Shown here in pieces: positions 26,526 to 36,575 of a stretch of DNA of 44,008 bases. The number at the start of each line of letters is the position of its first letter. Position 1 is the first letter of the stretch. The notes beneath the pieces were generated by a model. It had not been told where the DNA came from, did no database searches, and saw only the letters and a program-made list of their open reading frames with translations. Source of the DNA: an uncultured bacterium (GTDB lineage Bacteria; Patescibacteriota; Minisyncoccia; Phycocordibacterales; UBA9973); NCBI GenBank assembly GCA_903891365.1, contig CAITEG010000004.1:1-44008 (forward strand), in the 5' to 3' direction. The position numbers were made by a program, and so were the translations under genes.

Positions 26526-27047
26526 ATGCCACCATTTCAACCAGCAGCAGGAGCAGGGAGTCCACCTCCAATGAATGGGATGCCACCTATGCCCGGCGTA
26601 GTTTCAGGAGCAGGAATGTCTCCTATGCCGATGCCGGCAGCACCGACACCAAATTCAATTGGAGCAACCCCAGGTGTTCAAGGTGTTTCGGCACCAATGA
26701 CACCAGAGCATAAGGCAGAACTTCAAGAACTTCTTTCAAAAGTAAAACAGGAGTATATGAAGTGGCAAAGCATGAAGTTTGGTATTCAAAATACAGCAAA
26801 CGAAAATCGTCGCGATCAGTTGAAAAGAGTTTTTCAAATTCTTCAAGCTAAAGGGGTAGATTTAAATAATCCAAAATCAGTTTCTGAATTTCTTGCAAAA
26901 TTAAAACAAACAGCACCACAACACTTTGATGCTATTACTAAAGCGTTAGATTATCTTTTAGGATCAGACTATGAAAACCAACAAACACCAGACGAATCAC
27001 AACAGCCTCTCCCAGACCAAAACGTTTCTCCAGAACCGCAGTTCTAG
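26526..27047 (+). CDS. Hypothetical protein, P/M/G-rich N-terminus
   Basis: 173 aa ORF in the structural region. Confidence 0.75.
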   Translation: MPPFQPAAGAGSPPPMNGMPPMPGVVSGAGMSPMPMPAAPTPNSIGATPGVQGVSAPMTPEHKAELQELLSKVKQEYMKWQSMKFGIQNTANENRRDQLKRVFQILQAKGVDLNNPKSVSEFLAKLKQTAPQHFDAITKALDYLLGSDYENQQTPDESQQPLPDQNVSPEPQF

Positions 27048-27100
27048 TGTGGGGGATGTAAGACTTTTAACTCCTCTTAAGGAGAGAATATTTTAATACC

Positions 27101-27709
27101 ATGGAAGAAGACCTTGATTATGGACCGCCTCTAGAAGAGGAAAAAGTAACAGCAGAAAAACCAATTTCAGAGAGAGGTGAAAGGAAGCGAAAAGAATATG
27201 CAAGTCAGAAGAGACTTTATAATGCCCTGAGTCAGGGTGGGGATCCAATAAAACTGAAGGAGATTATTGGAGCTAAGACTGTTGCCGAGGTTTATAGAAC
27301 CCTTGACAAACTTACAATTAGACGTGAGTTCCATGATGCCCTTACAAAGGCTGGTATTACCTTCGAATTTCTTATTGAAGGAATAAAGCGTGAAGCTATA
27401 GGAGGTGATAAGTCTATGGATCGCCTAAAGGCATATGAAATGCTTCTAAAGACCCTTGGACTAGACAAATATGACGATGTAAATACCGGATCTACTTCGT
27501 CATGGGAGGAAAGATTGCTTAAGGCCATAGAAACTCATGAAACTGATCTAAACCAGGATGTTCCTATGTCTAAAGAAGAAGAAACAGACACTGAATATAA
27601 GGTGAAGGTTCCAAAAATTCCAGTATCGGTTCAAAAAACAAAAATGTTAAATGAGGAAATGGAAAATTCACTTTATGAAGGATTCCCCCAACCAGCAACT
27701 CCAATATAA
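27101..27709 (+). CDS. terS: Terminase small subunit (probable)
   Basis: Overlaps TerL start; DRLKAYEMLLKTLG oligomerisation-type helix. Confidence 0.6.
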   Translation: MEEDLDYGPPLEEEKVTAEKPISERGERKRKEYASQKRLYNALSQGGDPIKLKEIIGAKTVAEVYRTLDKLTIRREFHDALTKAGITFEFLIEGIKREAIGGDKSMDRLKAYEMLLKTLGLDKYDDVNTGSTSSWEERLLKAIETHETDLNQDVPMSKEEETDTEYKVKVPKIPVSVQKTKMLNEEMENSLYEGFPQPATPI

Positions 27710-29153
27710 AGATACAGAACTCCTGGAAAGGATGAAAGATCCCAAGTTTTACTTGGAAAATTTCTGTAAAATCAAAGGAAAGACCCCGGGTCTTGTCCCT
27801 TTCATATTGAACGAGGCACAGAAGGATATTTTTAATACATTACGTAAATCCTCTCGTGTAATCATTCTAAAAGCTCGTCAAATTGGTTTCTCCACTGCAA
27901 TAACTGGATTCTTTTATCACAAAACGATTATGACTCCAGGCATGAACACTGTTTTGATTGGATACAACACAGACATGGCAGCAGAACTTCTAGACAAAGT
28001 CAAAATGTTCTGGCAAACGACTCCTATGGAACTTCAACCGACCATCCATTACAACTCTAAATACGAAATATCATTCCCAAAGTTAAATTCTAAGATCATA
28101 GTGCTTCCATCATCCGAGAACGTGGGTCGAGGTTACACAATTCACGCTTGTCTATGTACTGAATTAGCTATGTGGGAGAAAGCAGAAGAGAAAATGGCTG
28201 CCCTAGAGAATGCAGTTCCTAAGGATGGACTCCTTGTTATTGAATCTACCCCTCGTGGAGTAGGTAACCTGTACCACAAGATATGGATGTCAAAGGAAAA
28301 CGGGTATGAAAAGAAAGAATATGGATGGTGGTGGGCGTATAACGAAGAAGAAATAGAGCAAATTCGTCGACGAATGAACGATCCTCAGCGTTTTGCACAG
28401 GAATATTCTCTAGAATTCTTGTCATCGGGACGAAGCGTGTTCTCTCCAGACCTCATAAAGTCATTGCAATCTGATATTTTGAACCTCGGTGATGTTCATT
28501 TGGATGAAAATAAGAAAGAACACACCGTAAGACAGATGGATGGACTCACTATTTATCAAGAACCAGCCCCGGGTAAGGTTTATGTGGCTGGAGCAGACGT
28601 TTCTGAGGGTGTAACAGGGGGTGATTACTCCGTAGTAACCATTTTTGAACGTTCTACAGGTGAAGAAGTAGCCCATTGGCATGGAATGATGGCCCCAGAC
28701 AAGTTTGCAGAGAAGTTAAACGCGTGGGGAAGGTTCTACAACAACGCATTGATGGTAGTTGAAATCAACAATCATGGTTTGACGACCGTAACAGTGCTAA
28801 AACAGATGCTATATCCGACTTTATACTTCAGACCGAGTAAATTTGACACAATTCCTTCATCATGGTCTGATAGATTGGGGTGGAAGACAACAAAGGTCAC
28901 TCGTCCACTCATGATTGATGACTTAAACCAGGCTTTGAGGGAAAAGTCGTTAACAATACATAGTAAATACCTTGTTGATGAGATGCAGACCTTCGTTTAT
29001 GACTTTGGGAATAACATGAATGCCATAGATGGGTATCATGACGACGCAATTTTCTCTGCGTCTATCGCTTTCCAGGGGTTCAAGGTTCTTTTTAGCGGGG
29101 ATCTTGATCAAATCTATTATTCAGACTTTATGCCTTCTTCGGGGGGTTATTAG
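27651..29153 (+). CDS. terL: Terminase large subunit
   Basis: LNEAQ, IILKARQIGFST, CTELA, IESTPRG, GADVSEG, DYSV, VEINNHG, HDDAIFS. True start may be 27675 or 27732. Confidence 0.95.
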   Translation: MRKWKIHFMKDSPNQQLQYKDTELLERMKDPKFYLENFCKIKGKTPGLVPFILNEAQKDIFNTLRKSSRVIILKARQIGFSTAITGFFYHKTIMTPGMNTVLIGYNTDMAAELLDKVKMFWQTTPMELQPTIHYNSKYEISFPKLNSKIIVLPSSENVGRGYTIHACLCTELAMWEKAEEKMAALENAVPKDGLLVIESTPRGVGNLYHKIWMSKENGYEKKEYGWWWAYNEEEIEQIRRRMNDPQRFAQEYSLEFLSSGRSVFSPDLIKSLQSDILNLGDVHLDENKKEHTVRQMDGLTIYQEPAPGKVYVAGADVSEGVTGGDYSVVTIFERSTGEEVAHWHGMMAPDKFAEKLNAWGRFYNNALMVVEINNHGLTTVTVLKQMLYPTLYFRPSKFDTIPSSWSDRLGWKTTKVTRPLMIDDLNQALREKSLTIHSKYLVDEMQTFVYDFGNNMNAIDGYHDDAIFSASIAFQGFKVLFSGDLDQIYYSDFMPSSGGY

Positions 29154-29182
29154 TTGACAAAAGTATCATCTAAGAATATAAT
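29154..29182 (+). promoter_or_regulatory. Perfect sigma70 promoter, leaderless
   Basis: TTGACA, 17 bp, TATAAT; ATG at 29189. Confidence 0.85.
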
Positions 29183-29188
29183 TATAGT

Positions 29189-29710
29189 ATGAAAAAGGGA
29201 TCTAAACACTCTAATGAATCACGCGCAAAAATGCGAGAGAATCATTATGATGTTAGTGGTATAAATAATCCCAATTATGGTAAACGTTGTTCAGAAGAAA
29301 CAAAAAGAAAAATCAGTAAAGCAAACAGGAATCCATCATTAGAAATTAGAAATAAAATAAGTCAACATCATGCCAATGTCTGGGGAATAAATAATCCTAG
29401 ATGGAGGGGTGGCATTACTCCTTTATATAAACTTATAAGGAATAGAAAAGAATATTTTAAATGGAGAAATGACGTCTCTAAGTTAAATCCCAATAGGTGT
29501 AAACACTGTTCTCGAGAAGACCTTAGCCTTGAAATAGATCATATTATTCCACTTTGTTATTTTATCACTAAAAATAACATAAAAACGATTAAAATGGCAC
29601 TAAATTGTCCAGAATTATGGGAAATTAGCAATGGACAAGTGCTTTGCAGGGGTTGTCATGCACTAAAAACACAAAAAGATATACAAAAATACAATAAAGT
29701 AACACGTTAA
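29189..29710 (+). CDS. NUMOD3 + HNH homing endonuclease
   Basis: KHSNESRAKM, SEETKRKIS, NPRWRGG, CKHC, IDHIIP, NGQVLCRGCH; lower GC; inserted between terL and portal. Confidence 0.92.
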   Translation: MKKGSKHSNESRAKMRENHYDVSGINNPNYGKRCSEETKRKISKANRNPSLEIRNKISQHHANVWGINNPRWRGGITPLYKLIRNRKEYFKWRNDVSKLNPNRCKHCSREDLSLEIDHIIPLCYFITKNNIKTIKMALNCPELWEISNGQVLCRGCHALKTQKDIQKYNKVTR

Positions 29711-29731
29711 CCCTAGTAATATTAACAGTTA

Positions 29732-31921
29732 ATGACAAGACTTATCGGCACATATAGTGCAACTAACTACGGTCAAAAAGAAGTTGACCTCATGAACGCC
29801 TTCTATCTTCAATCAGAAGATGCCTACCAGTATTTTTATAATATTCTTAGACCTCGTTACGAGAGGTACTATAAACTTTTTGTGGCATTTTCTGGAGATC
29901 GAAAAAGAGAAATCAAAACCTGGCAAGCAAATGTTTTCGTCCCTTATGTGCAAGCGGTTATCGAGACAATGATGCCTCGTATCCTTGATGCTCGACCGGA
30001 TTTCACAGTTATTGGTCGTACATCAGAAGATAACTTAAAGGCAGAAAAGCAACAGCAACTCTGTGATTATCTTTGGGAGATTTCAGGAATGGACGGAATA
30101 ACGGAAGATGTTGTTCGTTCTTCACTTATGTATGGAACAGGATTTATGCAAGTATCTTGGAAGAAAGACGTGCGTAAACTAAAATTCCTTAAAACAAAAG
30201 ATATTGGAAATAGAAAATACAAATGGCAAGAGGAAGAAAGAACTTTTTATGACGCACCATTCTGTGAATGGGTGGACAACTTTGCGCTTTGGTATGACTG
30301 GCACAATATTGATCGTAAGTTAAAACAATATTGGTTTAAGAGACTCGTTTTATCAGCAAACGAAATTCGTCGTCGTTACCCAATGGCAGACCCAGAAAGA
30401 TTAGAAATGGCTATTAATTCTGCAGGTGGAGATCTTACTGATTACGCAGCCATACGTCAACTTGTTAAATCATCCCAAGAACGTATTACAAAAGATGCTG
30501 ATCGTAATGTTGCAATTTCATATTCAGGTGTCTATTATAATACACAACGATATCAACAGGTTGACTCCAAACTTCGTATGTACGAAGTAAAGGAGTGGTG
30601 GAGACCATACGAAGACACATTTGCTGTGATGGTAGGAGGTTCTCGTATTCCAATACTTCGCAATGGCTTTATGCCAATTCCTTATGACTTCAAGGAAGCT
30701 CCATTTATTGATGTTCCTTATCTTAAAATTCCAGGAGAATTCGAGGGATACGGTCTTGCATCTATTCTTGAATCACCTCAAATCCTACTTAACACAATTA
30801 AAAACCAGCGTCTTGATGCAGCAACACTTTCAATACATAAAATGTGGATTGTCAATCCACTTGCTAACATCAATAAAGATGAACTTGTAACTCGTCCATT
30901 CGGTATCATTTACTCTATAGATCCCCAGGGCGTGCGTGAGGTTCAATTCTCAGACATTAAAGCATCGGCATATAAAGAGGAAGATCTTCTTAAGAGTGAT
31001 ATGCAATACGCATCTGGCGTGGATGACGCTTCTATGGGAATGAAGAGCGGTGCAAACGCAACAGAAATTCGTCACTTGCGCGAGTCTACTCTCGAGCGTG
31101 TTCGTCTATTTATCAATCACCTCGGTGCAGCTTATGGTGATGTTCTTAGATACTGGATGGATATGGAACGTCAGCTCTTTACAAAGGAAATGACAATACG
31201 TGTTATTGGTGACAATGGAGATGTTGAATATCCTCTCATTGAAAAGGACGACCTATGTGGCAAGTTTGATTATCGTGCATCTGTTCTTCCATCTATTGCA
31301 GGACAACAGGATGTACAGAAGAAACAGGATATGGATCTCTTCCAGCTCCTTATTAGTCTTCCGTTTATCGATCAACGCAAACTTACTGCAAAAGTTCTTG
31401 GAGATTGGGGTTGGAGTCTTGATAATGTAGCACAAAGTGATCAGGGTCAGGCCCAACAGGGTATGCCGGGAATGCCAGCGACACCAGGAGGCGCTCCAGG
31501 CGCGCAAGGCGCTCCACAGGGTATGGGAGCAGCACAACCACAAGATCTCGCTGCTATGAGCCAATTAGGAGCTGGAGGACCCCCTCAGGGACAACCTGCT
31601 CCTCAACAGATGCCACAAACCTCTACAATTTCTCCTCAGGTAGTTATGCAGGCACTTAGTTTACTTCGTAAACCCGGAGAAGAGCAGGGAGCTCAAGGAA
31701 CAGCTTTTGGACAGGCGGCTGCTCCAATAAATCTACTTAGAAGCGGAATGCCTCCAACAGCTCCTTCAGCAGGCCTTCCTCCTCCAGCTACACATGGAGC
31801 AACAGGACCAAATCCCCGTGGGCACAACCGAACAGGTAAGGTAAATACAAATATTTCCAAAGGAAACAATTCAAATCCAGAAAGTCAATTACAAAATCGG
31901 GCTCTCAATATCCAGCGCTAA
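29732..31921 (+). CDS. Portal protein with Q/P/G-rich tail
   Basis: 729 aa after terL; SLMYGTGFMQVSW, GEFEGYGL, ANATEI motifs of P22/SU10-type portals. Confidence 0.9.
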   Translation: MTRLIGTYSATNYGQKEVDLMNAFYLQSEDAYQYFYNILRPRYERYYKLFVAFSGDRKREIKTWQANVFVPYVQAVIETMMPRILDARPDFTVIGRTSEDNLKAEKQQQLCDYLWEISGMDGITEDVVRSSLMYGTGFMQVSWKKDVRKLKFLKTKDIGNRKYKWQEEERTFYDAPFCEWVDNFALWYDWHNIDRKLKQYWFKRLVLSANEIRRRYPMADPERLEMAINSAGGDLTDYAAIRQLVKSSQERITKDADRNVAISYSGVYYNTQRYQQVDSKLRMYEVKEWWRPYEDTFAVMVGGSRIPILRNGFMPIPYDFKEAPFIDVPYLKIPGEFEGYGLASILESPQILLNTIKNQRLDAATLSIHKMWIVNPLANINKDELVTRPFGIIYSIDPQGVREVQFSDIKASAYKEEDLLKSDMQYASGVDDASMGMKSGANATEIRHLRESTLERVRLFINHLGAAYGDVLRYWMDMERQLFTKEMTIRVIGDNGDVEYPLIEKDDLCGKFDYRASVLPSIAGQQDVQKKQDMDLFQLLISLPFIDQRKLTAKVLGDWGWSLDNVAQSDQGQAQQGMPGMPATPGGAPGAQGAPQGMGAAQPQDLAAMSQLGAGGPPQGQPAPQQMPQTSTISPQVVMQALSLLRKPGEEQGAQGTAFGQAAAPINLLRSGMPPTAPSAGLPPPATHGATGPNPRGHNRTGKVNTNISKGNNSNPESQLQNRALNIQR

Positions 31922-31940
31922 AGCCTGATATACTCTAAAT

Positions 31941-32489
31941 ATGGCAAATTACGATCCGGACAAAAGTATGTTCGATATGTTTAAAGGAAAGATAAAAGAA
32001 CTTTCCGATGCTCTCTCACAATGGCAGCAAAAAGAAAATGCTGTTCACTCTCTTGCTGAGGCGCATGCGAAAGCTAGTGGCGCTCCACCAGAAGCAATGG
32101 ATGCTCATGTTTATATGCACAAAAAGGCGATAAAGAAAGCCATAGAAGATCAAGCAAAACAAAGTGAACAAGCACAAGCAGGTCAAGGTGTTCCTACTGC
32201 ACAAGATACTCCAGGAGGACCTGAATTTTCAGGACAAGGTGGACCAGGTTTAACAGCGCGAGTTTCTCCACAACTTCCGATGGCAGGACAAGCGGGTAAT
32301 ACTGGTGCAAATGGATGGGAGAATATATTGAAACCAAATCCGTATCCACAAGTTGCACAACAGCAAACGGGAGCACCAACACAAAGCGTGGGACCAATAA
32401 CTCCAGCACAGAGACCAATGATGGGAATGCCGACACCACCAGTACCAGGAGGATTTGGAAGTCCAAACCCAATGCAACGAACAGCTTGA
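31941..32489 (+). CDS. Hypothetical Q/P/G-rich protein
   Basis: 182 aa; TG-extended TATACT ends 7 nt before ATG. Confidence 0.75.
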   Translation: MANYDPDKSMFDMFKGKIKELSDALSQWQQKENAVHSLAEAHAKASGAPPEAMDAHVYMHKKAIKKAIEDQAKQSEQAQAGQGVPTAQDTPGGPEFSGQGGPGLTARVSPQLPMAGQAGNTGANGWENILKPNPYPQVAQQQTGAPTQSVGPITPAQRPMMGMPTPPVPGGFGSPNPMQRTA

Positions 32490-32522
32490 CAAGTTTGATG
32501 CGTTAGCTTATAGTTAATCTAT

Positions 32523-32921
32523 ATGGCACCAAAAAAACGAGCAAAGAAAGTAGAAGAAAAAGAAACTCCTAAGGTAACTCAGGAGCAGTTTCAGCAATCT
32601 GCAGCACAAGCGATTCAAAATTATTTTACGAAAGACATAAATGATCAAGTCCACGAAATGACAAACGATGTGATGTTTGCATTACTTCGTCAACTTGAAG
32701 GTTCAGAATATTGGATTCCACTTCTTAGGTATAACAATCTAAGACTCCTTAATGCACAGTCAGCAATAAATTCTATGGATCCAATGACCCAAGGATCAAC
32801 AATGCGACTACAGCAAGGATGCATGATGGGTATAGTAGATCTTCAAAATGCAATTATAACGATGGTAGAAGCCGAAAAAGAGGCTGAAAGAGAGGCGAGA
32901 GAGATTGCGGAAACGTTCTAA
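32523..32921 (+). CDS. Portal-adjacent helical protein
   Basis: 132 aa; own promoter TTGACA(32486)-17-TATAGT. Confidence 0.75.
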   Translation: MAPKKRAKKVEEKETPKVTQEQFQQSAAQAIQNYFTKDINDQVHEMTNDVMFALLRQLEGSEYWIPLLRYNNLRLLNAQSAINSMDPMTQGSTMRLQQGCMMGIVDLQNAIITMVEAEKEAEREAREIAETF

Positions 32922-32923
32922 AT

Positions 32924-32995
32924 ATGCCGTTTCCTAAAGGGGGACATCATTCAGAAGAAACAAAAACGTTTTTCGTTTCTGGGAACATGAAATAA
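32924..32995 (+). pseudogene. NUMOD3 endonuclease remnant
   Basis: MPFPKGGHHSEETK then early stop; shares ttcagaagaaacaaaaa with the HNH gene. Confidence 0.5.
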
Positions 32996-33048
32996 ATGAG
33001 TCAGTTTCTATATGTATAGATAGATTAGAACTATTGTAGTATTTGTGA

Positions 33049-33228
33049 ATGGCAGGAAAATTATTTGGTAAGCCTATAGGGGATGTCATAAAACACCCAG
33101 GTTCTCTCACTCGTAAAGCAAAAGCTGCGGGGAAAAGTATAACCCAATACTGTGCTCAAGGAGGTCTTGATGGACACACAAAAAAACAGTGTTCTCTAGC
33201 TAAGACTATGAGATCTTGGCATAAATAA
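33049..33228 (+). CDS. 59-aa basic phage protein
   Basis: Manual translation, IKHPGSLTRKAK...SLAKTMR pattern seen in phage head regions. Confidence 0.7.
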   Translation: MAGKLFGKPIGDVIKHPGSLTRKAKAAGKSITQYCAQGGLDGHTKKQCSLAKTMRSWHK

Positions 33229-33234
33229 TCAGCA

Positions 33235-33390
33235 ATGAATCCTCCACAGCAAGAAGGCCCAGGAACAACCGTCGACTCTGCAAAGAGTGGGCGTCTTGTC
33301 GTTGATGCAGGAGCGCGAGAATTAAAAGCAAAAAAGAAAAAATCTTTACAAGAAAGGGTCCGACAACAGTCAATGTCACCAGAGAATTAA
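33235..33390 (+). CDS. 51-aa hypothetical protein
   Basis: Manual translation MNPPQQEG...MSPEN; tightly packed with neighbours. Confidence 0.55.
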   Translation: MNPPQQEGPGTTVDSAKSGRLVVDAGARELKAKKKKSLQERVRQQSMSPEN

Positions 33391-33400
33391 CATTTTTATC

Positions 33401-33499
33401 ATGGCAAAAAGTAAAGCGAAAGCTAAAAAGACCAAGAAAAATCCAATCCTTAAGTGGATTAGTAAGACTTGGAAAAAGATAATTAAGATCAATATTTAA
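33401..33499 (+). CDS. 32-aa cationic amphipathic peptide
   Basis: MAKSKAKAKKTKKNPILKWISKTWKKIIKINI. Confidence 0.55.
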   Translation: MAKSKAKAKKTKKNPILKWISKTWKKIIKINI

Positions 33500-33527
33500 T
33501 TACTAGGTACTAAGGTATATTGTATTT

Positions 33528-33704
33528 ATGGCAACAAAAAAGGAAGCGCGAAAAAATGCTCTCAAGGAAATGCTAGCTAATCGATTTAAGGGTGGAAAGA
33601 AAGACAAGTTTTCCAACCTTAAGGAGAAAATGAAAGAGTCCAAAGAGAACAAGAAAGAAGAGGCCTCAGAAACCCCTGCTTTCGAAAAGAGCGAGAAGGA
33701 CTAA
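33528..33704 (+). CDS. 58-aa K/E-rich protein
   Basis: MATKKEARK...EKSEKD; stop 1 nt before next ATG. Confidence 0.65.
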   Translation: MATKKEARKNALKEMLANRFKGGKKDKFSNLKEKMKESKENKKEEASETPAFEKSEKD

Positions 33705-33705
33705 C

Positions 33706-34128
33706 ATGGCTTTAACCCCTTCATTTTCGACGGGAGGGATGCCACGTCCTAGTAAAGGAAGCGTTGGTACGTCTGTTAGTTCCCTTCTCAAGACAAAGAT
33801 GCCCTCACTTAATAGGGGGTCTGGTATTAAAGGTACTGCGCTAAAAGGTGTTACTTTCCCTAAAGCAGGATCTATGAAGGCTGGTCCTAAACTTTCTACA
33901 AAAACTCGCAGTGGTGGAACTGTCAAAGCCCCTAAAACCACAATTAAACCCAGTTCCCTATCCTCGTCACTTAAATCACTTATAAGTGCTGCTAAAAAGT
34001 CACCTTCCCCTATGGGCGGCGCTGGTTTAGGAATGTCCTCCGGTGTGGGTGCCCCGGCAGCTACACCATCTCCGGCCTTCTTCGGACAACCTAATGCGGG
34101 CCCTGGAGGGATAGGTCTTGGAATGTAA
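33706..34128 (+). CDS. Basic S/G/K/P-rich low-complexity protein
   Basis: 140 aa without acidic residues. Confidence 0.7.
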   Translation: MALTPSFSTGGMPRPSKGSVGTSVSSLLKTKMPSLNRGSGIKGTALKGVTFPKAGSMKAGPKLSTKTRSGGTVKAPKTTIKPSSLSSSLKSLISAAKKSPSPMGGAGLGMSSGVGAPAATPSPAFFGQPNAGPGGIGLGM

Positions 34129-34148
34129 CTAACGTATAATTTTTAAAT

Positions 34149-34391
34149 ATGGCAAAAACTGTTGATAATAAGAAGTCTAGCGAAATCGAAACACCTGAGT
34201 TTAACGAGATGGGTACGGCCCGTCCGTTTGAGAATATTGACTCCACTGCAGATGTGAAAGATAAACTTGCAAAAAAACTTGGTTATAAGAAAGGTGGTGC
34301 AATGCCTCCATTCATGACTCGCCCGTTTGCAGAATTTCAAGCATTGAAAAAGAAGCAAAACGCAGCGAAGAAAGCCGGCGATAAAGCATAA
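34149..34391 (+). CDS. Small basic protein
   Basis: 80 aa with repeated (T/A)RPF motif. Confidence 0.7.
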   Translation: MAKTVDNKKSSEIETPEFNEMGTARPFENIDSTADVKDKLAKKLGYKKGGAMPPFMTRPFAEFQALKKKQNAAKKAGDKA

Positions 34392-34419
34392 AAACAAACC
34401 CCGAAAGGGGTTTTGTTTT
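34391..34419 (+). terminator. Intrinsic (possibly bidirectional) terminator
   Basis: AAAACAAACCCC-GAAA-GGGGTTTTGTTTT. Confidence 0.85.
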
Positions 34420-34536
34420 ATGGTACTGAGCTATTATTTGTCAAGAGCATCTCAATTGCTCCGACTATGAATAAAAATAAGTCGGGATAAATATTGTGCA
34501 CAGCAACTTATCCGTTTATCCAATAATGAATTAATT

Positions 34537-35217
34537 ATGATTGATCCTGTAACAGGACAAGAGGTTCCGGCAGGCGCCGGGCAGACCCAAGTTTCACCAA
34601 ACGCTCTTAAAGAGCTTGGAGATTTTAAACAGTTTTTTGAAGATATCTCCCCTTTACTTGAGAAGTTAAATGCTAGTCCAGATCTCGTTCAGGCTATTGT
34701 GTCTGACAAGATCAACGACGAATTTGCAAAGGCAGCTCTCGCAGGCAAGCTAACCGTCGAGGAAGCTCAAACAGCGACAGCAGCAGTCAAAGCAGTCGAA
34801 AAGGAACTAGGCACACAAGCTTTTAATACAGCATCTCCAGAAGAGATCTCAAAACTTGTGGAAGAAAAAGTTTCAGCTCTCGAGTCTAGATTAACTGAAA
34901 AAGACGAGATGAAACAATTTGAGAGTTATACTAGTCAGTTCATTTCAAATACTCCTGACTTCAAAGACTATTCGGAAGCAATTTCTGAATGGCTTGATGA
35001 ACATGATGTAACCGATGTTAAAGTCGCTTACTACGCAGTAAAAGGAGAACTTTCTGAAAAGAAAGCAAAAGAAATGGCTGATTCAGATGCTTCAGAGTAC
35101 GCTAAAAATGTCATGATGACTGCGGGTGGCGGAAATGTTCCAGCTAATGCTATCGTAGGTGGGCAACCTCTTATTGATACACTTATAGCTCCTCGAACAA
35201 ACCCAAATCGTTTCTAA
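34537..35217 (+). CDS. Scaffolding protein (probable)
   Basis: Acidic helical protein immediately upstream of the capsid gene. Confidence 0.7.
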   Translation: MIDPVTGQEVPAGAGQTQVSPNALKELGDFKQFFEDISPLLEKLNASPDLVQAIVSDKINDEFAKAALAGKLTVEEAQTATAAVKAVEKELGTQAFNTASPEEISKLVEEKVSALESRLTEKDEMKQFESYTSQFISNTPDFKDYSEAISEWLDEHDVTDVKVAYYAVKGELSEKKAKEMADSDASEYAKNVMMTAGGGNVPANAIVGGQPLIDTLIAPRTNPNRF

Positions 35218-35282
35218 CAATCCTTGACAAATTAATAGTTAATTATTAGTAACGTTATTAGTTAACGTTCGTAAACAAATTT

Positions 35283-36551
35283 ATGGCAGCATATCCGTTT
35301 TACAACGAACCGACTCATGACCAAGGGGTAGTCACAAATGCAGCGTCTAACGCAGCGCGAACTTCAGCCACATCAAGTGCTGAACAGCGCCTCGTTATCG
35401 ATGCAGTTGATAAGATCTTCCTTCTTGAACCGAACAAGCACCCTCTCGTAACCCTTCTGACGAATGTTGGAAAGGTATGGGATGGCAAGGCTTGGGTTGG
35501 TGCAGGAATCGCGAAAGCATCTACGACTAATCCTGAGTTCAAGTGGTTCGAAGATTACTATGGAGGCCGTTTCGGTTCCGTAGCAGTCGCTTATTCAACA
35601 GGTGATCCAGTGACAATCACTGTATCAGTTGTTGGTGCAGGTTCAAGCTCTGGTTATATCTTCACAGTAGGAGATGTAATCCGCAATGCTCGAACAGGTG
35701 AGAACATGATGGTCACGACAGTCGCGGCTACCACTATCGCTTGTTCCCGTGCATTCGGCACAACGGTAGCAACAGCCGGTCTCGCGGGAGACTCTCTTTT
35801 CATCATTGGCAATGCCTCTGAGGAAAATGCAGGAGCTCGTAACGTGAACACGACTCGTTCTACACCAAACACAAACTATACTCAGATCTTCAAGACTTCA
35901 ATCGCTCTTTCCAACACGGAAAAGGAGGTTAAGCTCTATGGTGGTCCTGATCTTCCGTATCAGCGCGCGAAGAAAGGCACCGAACACGCTCTCGATATCG
36001 AGCGCGCATTCTGGTGGGGTCAGAAATACTACGACACAGGAGTTGCAACTCAAGGTCATATCCGACGTGCAACAGGTGGCGTACTGGAATTCATCCAGGC
36101 TGGCAATTCATACGTTCAGAATCAGAATGGTCCTTTGACTGCTCCTGATTTCAACACCTTCCTCCGAGAAGGCTTCACGTATGGTAATAACGAGAAGATG
36201 CTCTTTGCATCTGGACTCGTTCTTCAGGCTATCAATGAAATGGCACGTGGCCAGATTCGTATCAAACCTGAAGAGAAGACCTATGGTATTCAGATTTCTG
36301 AATGGTTTACTCCGTTCGGCATGATCAATATCGTTCACAATCCTCTCTTCGTTGATGCGTACGCTTCGTATGCCTTCATGATGGACATGGAAAGCTTCCG
36401 TTACCGCTTCATGATGAACCGCGACACAGTTCTCCGCACCAATATTCAGGCGCCGGATGTCGATGGTCAAGTGGACGAGTATCTCTCGGAAGTCGGTCTC
36501 GAGCGCAAGCAAGCTCCGCGTCATGCGTTGCTTCTTGGTGTTACAGGCTAA
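35283..36551 (+). CDS. Major capsid protein (SU10/DUF5309-like)
   Basis: FKWFED, NYTQIFKT, EHALDIERAFWWG, RATGGVLEFI, TPFGMINIV, YLSEVGLE. Confidence 0.9.
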   Translation: MAAYPFYNEPTHDQGVVTNAASNAARTSATSSAEQRLVIDAVDKIFLLEPNKHPLVTLLTNVGKVWDGKAWVGAGIAKASTTNPEFKWFEDYYGGRFGSVAVAYSTGDPVTITVSVVGAGSSSGYIFTVGDVIRNARTGENMMVTTVAATTIACSRAFGTTVATAGLAGDSLFIIGNASEENAGARNVNTTRSTPNTNYTQIFKTSIALSNTEKEVKLYGGPDLPYQRAKKGTEHALDIERAFWWGQKYYDTGVATQGHIRRATGGVLEFIQAGNSYVQNQNGPLTAPDFNTFLREGFTYGNNEKMLFASGLVLQAINEMARGQIRIKPEEKTYGIQISEWFTPFGMINIVHNPLFVDAYASYAFMMDMESFRYRFMMNRDTVLRTNIQAPDVDGQVDEYLSEVGLERKQAPRHALLLGVTG

Positions 36552-36575
36552 GCGAAATCAAATATATAGTCCTTC

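Noticed and set aside
34457..34466. TGCTCCGACT shared with the post-capsid hairpin (36667-36676)
   Set aside because: A 10-mer match is too short to distinguish from chance.
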